From contig CAVDHB010000048.1 in NCBI GenBank assembly GCA_963608705.1, positions 3,664 through 67,663 on the forward strand: DNA of 64,000 nt, written 5' to 3'. This document shows positions 1-8,256 of the stretch, piece by piece; the stretch's first letter is position 1, and each line of letters opens with the position of its first letter. The position numbers and the translations under genes are program-made. A model generated the notes under the pieces. The model saw nothing but the letters and a program-made list of their open reading frames with translations, was not told the DNA's origin and ran no database searches. This DNA comes from Prevotella sp. P5-108 (GTDB taxonomy: Bacteria; Bacteroidota; Bacteroidia; Bacteroidales; Bacteroidaceae).

Positions 1-2
1 AT

Positions 3-2252
3 ATGGATTTGAAATGGGGCAGACCGGACGCACTGAAATTGACGAACGGACGTATTTCTGTGACATTGCCTCCCAAGGAAATTGCCTTGAATCGTGCTTT
101 CCGTCTTAATCTGACAGACGGAAACGGCAATCGTTTTTCCCGTTATCTTCCCTTGTCAGGTGACAAGGTGGATTTCTCCGTCTCGTTCTTTCCCGAAGGG
201 GGCTATCTCGTGGCAGGACAACCCTCCCGTATGGCGTTCGAGGCGTTGGACAGGTCTGGCAATGTGTCGGAGGTGACAGTCAGCGTGTTAGATCAGAATG
301 GAGATACGGTGGCCACTGACTCCACTTTTTACAAAGGGATGGGACTGCTTTTCTTCACACCCCAAAAGGGAGTGAAATACAAGGCGTATGCCACGGCTCC
401 CGATGGGCTTACCAAGTCTTTTGAGGTGCCGGAGGCGGTGTCGGCTCCCGGACTTCAGGTGGATACGGACGCAAAACGCATCAAGGTGCGTCTGTTGAGG
501 GATGAGTCTCAAAAGAGTGATGAGTTGTATTTTGCGGCTCAGGTAAGAGGGGCGGTTTGTTTTGCAGATAAATGGGATAATAATTCGGAGGAACTTGTAT
601 TCTATAAGCAGTTGTTTCCGGCTGGGGTGGTGCGTCTTACGTTGATGGACAAGAACCGACAGGTGATAGCTGAACGTTTGGTATGGAACAATCTTCCTTC
701 GGGTTTGAAAACCGAGGTGCGGACCGTGCGACAGAAGTATGCGCCGAGAAGCCTCGTGAAGATGTCGGTGGGCGTGACGGACAGACAAGGGAAACCTGTG
801 AAAGCCTCTTTGTCTATGGCCGTGACGGATGCGTCGGATACCTCCGTTGACTCGTGTTTCCAAATCCGAACCTCGTTGTGGCTCACTCCTGAATTGAAAG
901 GCTATGTGGAGAACCCCTCTTATTATTTAGGCCAGGGATGGCGGGCGATACGGGCTGCGGACTTGTTGATGATGACACAGGGATGGAGACGTTATGACCT
1001 TGGAAAGATTTGGCTGGGACAATACGACAAGCCGCAGAGAGAACCCGAGACGAGCTTTGCGGTGTCGGGAACCGTGAAGAAGTTCAGCCCTTTGGAGGGG
1101 AGAAAGAAATACATGGTCTTTATCCAGGGCACCAATAATTCGTTCTCTTCGTTTGCGGAGACTGATGAGAAAAAGCACTTCTCGTTCAAAAACATAGAAT
1201 ATCCGGAAGGTATGGGATTCACTCTCAGAGCTGCGGCCACGAAAAACAATAAGGGTAATCAAGAGATTATACTGGACAAGGAGGACACGCCTACTCTCAA
1301 TGCTTGTGTGCCGCAATACAAGGTAGACGGATTTGGACAGACTGTTGCCCGGTACATTCCCGGAAAGAGCCTGATGAGACAGTACGAGTTGCCGCCTTTG
1401 GTGGTGAAGGCGAAGATGTGGGGTACTTCCGACTATGACCGTTATTCCAACGAGGAGATTAACTCGGGAAAACAGAAAACGGTGAAGGACTTCCTGGAGG
1501 AGATGGGAATCAAGGTGACGGAGAAGCAGAATCCTGACGCATCGGCGAGAAGTGATTATATGACAAGCCTGACTGATACAAAACCTAAGAATGGGAGAAC
1601 CTATGACAATTTGCCGGATATTTACCGCCGTTTCCTTTACCAGTATTTCTATTATAAAGGTACGAAGGTGGTAGTCTTCATCAACAACCAGACCACCAAC
1701 GATGATCCGGGAAAACTGCTTGTCTATGGTACGGCTTTGAATGATATAAAAGAAATCACGCTTCTGAAAGACGTAAAGAGGGATATTGTGAACGATTTTG
1801 CGAGAGAGTCCGAGGATTTGCCAAAATCTTCTCATCTGCCAGACAATATCCTTTACTCCATGTACGACATTCCTTTGGGAAAGAAGACCGTGCCGGTGTT
1901 GGATGTACGTCTGAAAGTGGATAACAATCTGCGATACTCAGGCTTCCGCACTTTGCAAGGGAATCTGTACGAGTCGTCCATGGACCGTCGCACGGTTTAT
2001 CCGTTAGGATATCAGAAGCCGGTGGAATTTTATGCTCCCCAGTATGACACGGAGGCGAAACTGAAAAGCGACAAGCCGGATACCCGAAAGACAATTTATT
2101 GGAAACCAGTGATAAACATAGATGGGAAGACTCTCTCTGAAATCTCTTTCTACACTTCAGACCGTCCGTCCACTTCTTATAATGTGGTCATAGAGGGCGT
2201 TTCGGAACGTGGAGAATTGATACATGAGGTTCGGAAAATAGTGGTGGAATAA
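3..2252 (+). CDS. Large secreted/cell-surface protein, C-terminal 749 aa (5' end outside window); possibly MG2/alpha-2-macroglobulin-like fold
   Basis: Uninterrupted frame from window edge to TAA 2250-2252. All overlapping ORFs are short antisense shadows. The family guess is from memory of similar Bacteroidetes proteins, not a search. Confidence 0.6.
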   Translation: MDLKWGRPDALKLTNGRISVTLPPKEIALNRAFRLNLTDGNGNRFSRYLPLSGDKVDFSVSFFPEGGYLVAGQPSRMAFEALDRSGNVSEVTVSVLDQNGDTVATDSTFYKGMGLLFFTPQKGVKYKAYATAPDGLTKSFEVPEAVSAPGLQVDTDAKRIKVRLLRDESQKSDELYFAAQVRGAVCFADKWDNNSEELVFYKQLFPAGVVRLTLMDKNRQVIAERLVWNNLPSGLKTEVRTVRQKYAPRSLVKMSVGVTDRQGKPVKASLSMAVTDASDTSVDSCFQIRTSLWLTPELKGYVENPSYYLGQGWRAIRAADLLMMTQGWRRYDLGKIWLGQYDKPQREPETSFAVSGTVKKFSPLEGRKKYMVFIQGTNNSFSSFAETDEKKHFSFKNIEYPEGMGFTLRAAATKNNKGNQEIILDKEDTPTLNACVPQYKVDGFGQTVARYIPGKSLMRQYELPPLVVKAKMWGTSDYDRYSNEEINSGKQKTVKDFLEEMGIKVTEKQNPDASARSDYMTSLTDTKPKNGRTYDNLPDIYRRFLYQYFYYKGTKVVVFINNQTTNDDPGKLLVYGTALNDIKEITLLKDVKRDIVNDFARESEDLPKSSHLPDNILYSMYDIPLGKKTVPVLDVRLKVDNNLRYSGFRTLQGNLYESSMDRRTVYPLGYQKPVEFYAPQYDTEAKLKSDKPDTRKTIYWKPVINIDGKTLSEISFYTSDRPSTSYNVVIEGVSERGELIHEVRKIVVE

Positions 2253-2322
2253 TTTGGTAAGTCTTGTGTAAAGTGTTATCTTTGTAGCTCAGAATAGTAT
2301 TAATCTTTAAAAGACAAGCATT

Positions 2323-2766
2323 ATGAGAAACCCTTTTCGCAATTCGTTAATGGCCGTTGTTTGCCTTTTCGCTTTTTCCGCGACGGCTTCAGCGGACAAT
2401 GACAAGCCCATCCAGACGCATCAGCTTCCCGCGGCCGCACAGGCTTCTTTGAAATATTTCAAGACCAAGAAAGTGGCGTTGGCCACGGTGGACAGGTCTG
2501 TGGTTTCCCGAAGTTACGATGTGGTGTTCAATGACGGCACGAAGATAGAATTCAATCGTAACGGCCAGTGGACAGACATTGAATGTGAACGTTCTGGGGT
2601 GCCTTCTAATTTTGTGCCTTCCGTTATTCGCAACTACGTGAACAGTAATTACAGTGGCTCACGCATCGTGAAAATAGAGAGGGACGGAAAAGAGACGGAG
2701 GTGAAACTCTCCAATGGACTGGAGATAAAGTTCAACAAGAAATACCAGGTAGTGGAGATTGATTAG
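2323..2766 (+). CDS. PepSY-like (DUF2874-type) secreted protein
   Basis: Signal peptide MAVVCLFAFSATASA. Two internal repeats (YDVVFNDGTKIEFNRNGQWTDIE / KIERDGKETEVKLSNGLEIKFNKKYQ) typical of Bacteroides PepSY-like proteins. Confidence 0.75.
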   Translation: MRNPFRNSLMAVVCLFAFSATASADNDKPIQTHQLPAAAQASLKYFKTKKVALATVDRSVVSRSYDVVFNDGTKIEFNRNGQWTDIECERSGVPSNFVPSVIRNYVNSNYSGSRIVKIERDGKETEVKLSNGLEIKFNKKYQVVEID

Positions 2767-2869
2767 TTTTTCCCTGCCAACCATTATTCATAACGGTTGC
2801 CATCATTGTGTTGGGCAACCGTTATGCGTTTTTAGAATGGTAATCTTTTACTACGTCAGTGTAAGTTGT

Positions 2870-3829
2870 TCATCTTATATACTTTCTTGTAAATTCTTTC
2901 ACTCTTCGGGTGTATTCCACCCTGTGTGTCTTGTAAGACAGGGCGTGTTCAACTCCGGGGACTATCCACAACTCTTTGGGAGAGGGCTTGGCCTGGTAGA
3001 GCGGGTAGACCATGCGGGTTGGGACATAGGTGTCGTTTCCGCCATGAATGAAGAGCATGGGCTTGTGGCATTTGGCCACTTGTTTCAATGCGGAGGCTTC
3101 GCCGAAGCTCCAGCCGTAGCGTAGCTTGCACAAGGCACTGGCCGTGTAAAGCAGTGGGAATTTTGGTAATCCGAACATGGACTGTAGCTCATATCCGAAC
3201 TCGTCCCATGCGGAGGTATAGCCGCAATCCTCTACAAAACACCGGGCGTACGATTCTTTTTCGCCAGAAACCATCATGGTCGTGGCAGCTCCCATTGAGA
3301 TTCCATGTACGACTTGATGGGTGTGTCCTCCGAATAGGGTGTCAGCCACGGCCATCCACCGCAGTACGTCGAGCCTGTCTTTCCATCCCATCTGTATGGC
3401 CTGTCCACCGCTTTTTCCGTGATATTGCAAGTCGGGAAGGAGGATGTTGTAGCCTAAGTCGTGGTGGTAGAGATAGCCTATCATCAGCATTCTCCTTGCG
3501 GAGTCGGTATAGCCGTGGATGATGACGGCTGTGTGGGAGGTGTGTCTGGGTGCTTGGGCATAGAGTGCGTGCAGTCGGACACCTTCAGTGTTCGTGATGA
3601 AAGTGTCTTTCAGCGCTTTATGTAGCCTTAGGCTGTCTACCCATGGCTTGATAAAGGGATAGGCTGTGTACATCTCTTTGTCTGTCCGCAGGTCTTTGGC
3701 CGTTTTCTTCTCCGAGGGGGTGAGGGCAAACTGAATGAGATAGAGGCTGCCGCCCGTCACAATGCCAAGTAAAAGGACGAGGCATAGGAGTATGATTCCC
3801 GTGAGTTTGTTTCTTCTTTTCCGTGTCAT
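2870..3829 (-). CDS. Membrane-anchored alpha/beta-fold hydrolase
   Basis: N-terminal TM helix (LTGIILLCLVLLLGIVTGG), HGYTDS box, nucleophile elbow GISMGA (GxSxG), C-terminal IHGGNDTYVP. Confidence 0.85.
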   Translation of the reverse strand: MTRKRRNKLTGIILLCLVLLLGIVTGGSLYLIQFALTPSEKKTAKDLRTDKEMYTAYPFIKPWVDSLRLHKALKDTFITNTEGVRLHALYAQAPRHTSHTAVIIHGYTDSARRMLMIGYLYHHDLGYNILLPDLQYHGKSGGQAIQMGWKDRLDVLRWMAVADTLFGGHTHQVVHGISMGAATTMMVSGEKESYARCFVEDCGYTSAWDEFGYELQSMFGLPKFPLLYTASALCKLRYGWSFGEASALKQVAKCHKPMLFIHGGNDTYVPTRMVYPLYQAKPSPKELWIVPGVEHALSYKTHRVEYTRRVKEFTRKYIR

Positions 3830-4143
3830 GTTTTGTCAATGCTTTTTTATACATAAAAAATGGAGGTACGCTCACGCGCAGCTCCATTCGATATGAAATG
3901 AAATATAAAATAGAAAGGTTGTTATTTATTAATGACTCAACTTTTATTTGAGGACAAAGGTACGAACTCTTCTTTTGAAATCCAAATATATTAACAGAAA
4001 AAGGGCTGTGGAAAGAATATTATTAGTGTGGGTGTGCTTCCAAGAGAATGCAGTACGTAATTAATCAGTCTTTCATTTTATTTTCTACAGGATTGTTATT
4101 ATCTTTGCAACCAGAGTTATACACCTTATTATATTTACACCTT

Positions 4144-6720
4144 ATGAGACTGACAACTTTCACAGCGATTGCAATGATGATTCCCTTTTGTGTGGCGGCT
4201 GAGGCGCAGCCTGTGCGGCAACGTCTTGACACGGGGTGGACGTTCAGACAGGGACGTTTGAATAATTGGTATCCGGCCGTGGTGCCTGGCACAGTGCATA
4301 CGGACTTGATGAGGAACAAGAAAATAGACGATCCTTATTTTCGCCTGAACGAACGGGGCGCACAATGGATAGACAAAGAGGATTGGATTTACCGTACTTC
4401 GTTCACGCTTCCTGCCGATATGAAAGACAAGGAGCGAATAGACCTTGTGTTCGAGGGGTTGGACACGTATGCGGATGTGTCGCTAAACGGACACAAGATT
4501 CTGTCTGCGGACAATATGTTCAGAGGCTGGAGGGAGTCTGTCAAACCTTACTTGAAAGACGGGGCGAATAGCCTTGAAGTGTATTTCCATTCTCCTATCA
4601 AACGGGATATTCCCAAATGGGATTCCATTCCGTTCCATTATGAGGCGGGCAATGACCAGTCTGAGAACGGAGGAGTGTTCGACAAGAAAGTCTCCGTGTT
4701 CGCCCGTAAGGCGGGGTATCATTATGGATGGGACTGGGGTCCCCGTTTGGTTACGTCTGGAATATGGCGGCCTGTATTTGTGGAGGCTTGGAGTGAGGCG
4801 AGGCTTTCGGACGTGTTCATGCGTCAGTTGTCCGTGTCTTCCCGGTTGGCGAAACTCGCTGGGGAGGTGGAAGTGACGGTGGACAAGGCGATGGCTGGAG
4901 CGGAGATTGTGATTGCGGACAAAGTGTCTGGCAAGAAATATGCCGTGAGAAAGGTGGATTTGCGGAAAGGTGTGAATAAGTTCTCTTTGCCGTTTTCTAT
5001 CAAGAACCCGAAACTCTGGTGGTGTAACGGATTGGGAGAACCTCATTTATATCAGTTTGTAACTACGGTGAGACACGGACAGAAAACCATAGACCGCAAA
5101 GAGGAGACCACGGGTATCCGTTCCATCCGTGTGGTACGCAAGCCCGACCAGTATGGCAAGACGTTCTATTTTGAGTTGAACGGAGTGCCAGTCTTTATGA
5201 AGGGGGCGAACTATATTCCGCAAGACGTTTTCTTGCCTCGTGTGACGCAGGCAGACTACGAGAAAACCATCAAGGATGCGGTGGATGTACACATGAACAT
5301 GCTGAGAGTATGGGGCGGGGGGATTTATGAGAACGATTTGTTCTACGACCTCTGCGACCGGAACGGTTTGTTGGTATGGCAAGACTTCATGTTCGCCTGT
5401 AGCTTGTATCCGGCGGAAGGAGAATGGCTGGAGAATGTGCGTCAAGAAGCCATTGACAATGTGCGCCGCCTGCGGAACCATCCTTGTATCGCCCTTTGGT
5501 GTGGAAACAATGAATGTCAGGACGCTTGGTTCAACTGGGGATACCGCAAGAACTACACGAAACAGAACCCGGAATGGGCTGCTAAAATATGGAAGCAATA
5601 CAATGACCAGTATTTTGACGTGCTTCCGAAGGTCGTGAAGGAATACGCCCCTGAGACGTTCTATACTTCTTCATCTCCTTTCGGACTGCCGAATCAGGGC
5701 AGTGATGACCACAACGGTGATTATCATTATTGGGAAGTATGGCAGGGGTTCAAGCCTGTATCGGCTTTCAACACACAGAAAAGCCGTTTCTTCAGCGAAT
5801 ACGGCTTCCAGTCGTTCCCCGACATTGAGTCCGTGAAGCGTTATGCGCCTGAAGCGGAGGATTGGAGCATTACTTCCGATGTGATGATGTCGCATCAAAG
5901 GGGAGGAGCGTTGGCCAATTCCCGTATGGAGAAAATCATGAATGAGGAATACCGCAAGCCGAAAGATTTTCCTTCTTTCCTTTACATGAGCCAAGTGTTG
6001 CAGGCGGACGCTATTAAAGTGGCGATGGAGGCGCATCGTCGCCAGAAACCTTACAACATGGGGTCTTTGGTATGGCAGCATAACGATTGCTGGCCGGTGG
6101 CCAGTTGGTCTTCAAGAGATTATTACGGACGTTGGAAAGCGCAACACTATTTCACGCGCAAGTCTTTTGCGGACATACTGGTTTCTCCTGTATGGGACGG
6201 ACAGAACAAGACGGTGGAAATCTACCTGGTTTCCGACCGCATGAAAAGTTGCAAGGGCGTATTGAGCTGGGAAGTACGGAAGTTCGACGGCACCTTGATT
6301 GGACAGTCGAAGAAAGAAGTGAGCATAGAGGCTAATGGCGGCAAGTGTGTGGCGCAGGTAGATGTGCGTAGTTTGCCCGGTTGGAATCCGAAGGAAACGT
6401 ATTTGAGGGCGGTTTACACTGCGGGAAAACACACATACGACAACAATTTCTTCTTCCTGCGTCAGAAAGAAGTGGATTTTCCCAAGCCGTCGGTCTCCAC
6501 TTCCTTGCGAAAAGTGGAAGACGGCTATGAGCTAAGTTTGAAAAGTAAGCAATTCGCCCGGGCGGCATGGATCAGTACTGGTGATGGGGATGCCTCATTC
6601 AGTGATAATTACATGGACTTGCTGCCTGGTAAGGAGGTAAAGGTGAAGATACACACGAAACTTCCGATGGAAACATTGAAAAAACAACTGAAAGTCACTA
6701 CGGTGGCTGATACTTATTGA
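4144..6720 (+). CDS. Glycoside hydrolase family 2 beta-mannosidase
   Basis: GYHYGWDWGPRLVTSGIWRPV and ALWCGNNEC (acid/base Glu region) motifs of GH2 beta-mannosidases. ATG 4144 gives a signal peptide (MRLTTFTAIAMMIPFCVAAEA); the ORF-track start 4048 adds 32 non-signal residues. Confidence 0.85.
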   Translation: MRLTTFTAIAMMIPFCVAAEAQPVRQRLDTGWTFRQGRLNNWYPAVVPGTVHTDLMRNKKIDDPYFRLNERGAQWIDKEDWIYRTSFTLPADMKDKERIDLVFEGLDTYADVSLNGHKILSADNMFRGWRESVKPYLKDGANSLEVYFHSPIKRDIPKWDSIPFHYEAGNDQSENGGVFDKKVSVFARKAGYHYGWDWGPRLVTSGIWRPVFVEAWSEARLSDVFMRQLSVSSRLAKLAGEVEVTVDKAMAGAEIVIADKVSGKKYAVRKVDLRKGVNKFSLPFSIKNPKLWWCNGLGEPHLYQFVTTVRHGQKTIDRKEETTGIRSIRVVRKPDQYGKTFYFELNGVPVFMKGANYIPQDVFLPRVTQADYEKTIKDAVDVHMNMLRVWGGGIYENDLFYDLCDRNGLLVWQDFMFACSLYPAEGEWLENVRQEAIDNVRRLRNHPCIALWCGNNECQDAWFNWGYRKNYTKQNPEWAAKIWKQYNDQYFDVLPKVVKEYAPETFYTSSSPFGLPNQGSDDHNGDYHYWEVWQGFKPVSAFNTQKSRFFSEYGFQSFPDIESVKRYAPEAEDWSITSDVMMSHQRGGALANSRMEKIMNEEYRKPKDFPSFLYMSQVLQADAIKVAMEAHRRQKPYNMGSLVWQHNDCWPVASWSSRDYYGRWKAQHYFTRKSFADILVSPVWDGQNKTVEIYLVSDRMKSCKGVLSWEVRKFDGTLIGQSKKEVSIEANGGKCVAQVDVRSLPGWNPKETYLRAVYTAGKHTYDNNFFFLRQKEVDFPKPSVSTSLRKVEDGYELSLKSKQFARAAWISTGDGDASFSDNYMDLLPGKEVKVKIHTKLPMETLKKQLKVTTVADTY

Positions 6721-6722
6721 CT

Positions 6723-7460
6723 ATGAGTTATACATTTGAGATTTGCGCCAACTCCGTGGATAGTTGTGTGGCGGCACAGAAAGGCGGTGCACAGCGTGTG
6801 GAACTATGCGCCGGTATGCCGGAAGGAGGGACGACTCCTTCTTATGGAACGATAAAATGGGCGAGGAAAAGCATTGACATCCGTCTGCATGTGATTATCC
6901 GTCCTCGGGGTGGTGACTTTCTTTACACGCCTCTTGAGCTGGATATGATGGAAGAAGACATTCGCATCGCAAAGGATTTGGGTGCGGACGGAGTGGTGTT
7001 CGGCTGTTTGCTTCCCGACGGACAACTGGACTTGCCGGCTATGAGTCGGTTGAAAAAGGCGGCAGGAAACTTGTCTGTCACCTGCCACCGGGCGTTTGAT
7101 TATGTGAAGAATCCGTCAGAGGCATTGGAGCAATTGATAGATCTGGGTGTGGACAGAGTGCTCACCTCTGGCCAGCAACCTACGGCTTTGCAAGGTGCCT
7201 CTCTCTTGGGGGAGTTGGTGAGACAAGCGAAAAAACGTATTATTATTATGCCTGGATGCGGAGTGAATGCAGGCAATATCAGAGAATTGGCCGACATTAC
7301 ACACGCCGAGGAGTTCCATTTCTCCGCAAGAGAGATACAGAAAAGCCGGATGAGACTTCGCAATCCGGCACTTTCCATGGGAAATCCAGACATGGATGAG
7401 TATGCGCATCCCGTTACCACGGCAGAAAAAGTGAAGGCTACGATTGCCGCTTTGAGGTGA
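6723..7460 (+). CDS. cutC: Copper homeostasis protein CutC family
   Basis: MSYTFEICANSVDSCVAAQKGGAQRVELCAGMPEGGTTPSYG is the conserved CutC N-terminus. The ATG lies 2 nt after the mannosidase stop. Confidence 0.9.
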   Translation: MSYTFEICANSVDSCVAAQKGGAQRVELCAGMPEGGTTPSYGTIKWARKSIDIRLHVIIRPRGGDFLYTPLELDMMEEDIRIAKDLGADGVVFGCLLPDGQLDLPAMSRLKKAAGNLSVTCHRAFDYVKNPSEALEQLIDLGVDRVLTSGQQPTALQGASLLGELVRQAKKRIIIMPGCGVNAGNIRELADITHAEEFHFSAREIQKSRMRLRNPALSMGNPDMDEYAHPVTTAEKVKATIAALR

Positions 7461-7500
7461 AAGGCTGACTAACTAGTGGATTGGATTTATTATATTATAG

Positions 7501-7536
7501 GTAGTGGCAGACATAGTGGTCTGCCACTACTTTTAT
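7501..7536 (+). terminator. Rho-independent terminator after cutC
   Basis: Perfect 12-bp stem GTAGTGGCAGAC / GTCTGCCACTAC with 6-nt loop, followed by TTTTAT. Confidence 0.8.
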
Positions 7537-7693
7537 AACAAAACTCGCCGCATGACGAGGCACTTCCTACTGATTGGTGGTACGATTATTGCAAATCCAT
7601 CTGCATGTATTCTAAAATGTTATGGTATAAGACTATACAAGAAGCTATCTTCCGACCACTCATGATTCCAAACCCCGACAGCACACACAATCA

Positions 7694-7719
7694 GTAGAGA
7701 CTCGATTCATCGAGTCTCC
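7694..7719. repeat. Palindromic repeat GTAGAGACTCG-ATTCAT-CGAGTCTCC, related to the 55.3 kb fold-back element
   Basis: Differs from 55271-55296 (GTAGAGACGCG-ATTCAT-CGCGTCTCC) only at two mutually compensating positions that keep the dyad. Confidence 0.7.
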
Positions 7720-7793
7720 ACCCAGCAGTGGAGATTGCATCATTGTGAGCAGAGAATTGGGAGGAAGCGCATTTGAACCAATATGAACCAATT

Positions 7794-8000
7794 TTCTGTA
7801 TCTCTACATAAGAGATACAGAAATCGGCTGCAAATATATTAAAAATATTGCACATACAGTGAGTTGGGACGAAAAAAATAACTCACATTATCTTCCAAAA
7901 TTTATCGCTGTTTACTTTCTTTTACAGTTCGTGAGTCCCTTACTCGTACATTATCAATGAATTACATGGCATTCTGTATCTCTTATGTAGAGACGCGGAA
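7794..8000. promoter_or_regulatory. Putative invertible CPS promoter segment flanked by inverted recombination sites; -7 box TATATTTG on minus strand (7838-7831), OFF orientation
   Basis: Left site is 7794-7822, TTCTGTATCTCT-ACATA-AGAGATACAGAA. Right site is 7972-8000, TTCTGTATCTCT-TATGT-AGAGACGCGGAA. The spacers are reverse complements. The only TAnnTTTG match inside the segment is on the minus strand. Confidence 0.65.
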
Positions 8001-8256
8001 GAAACCGGGAAACATAACCCGATATGGCTTTCAAAAAGCAGAGCGTATGACACACAATTTGCTACTCACGGGCTTGTCCGCATCATGCATGCGGAAAGCT
8101 GAAAGACATAAAAGTATTGAAGATTAGTGGAAGTCAGTCTATTGGTTTTTCAATGCTGTGACACATCTCACACCCATGTAACTTGGAAAAGACGCTCTTT
8201 TCCGGGGAAGCCGGGATGTATTCTTCGCACAGCGCATTTTTCAAGTCGTTAACTTT

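Noticed and set aside
4048-4143. Upstream extension of the beta-mannosidase ORF (track start 4048).
   Set aside because: The extra 32 residues precede a typical signal peptide that begins at ATG 4144. The extension is AT-rich promoter-like sequence.
7331-7343. 13-nt match (AGAGATACAGAAA) inside cutC to the right arm of the left inversion site, a possible third recombination half-site.
   Set aside because: It is only a half-site with no partner arm or spacer, and it lies within a conserved coding region. It is most likely chance, though a 13-mer match is unusual.
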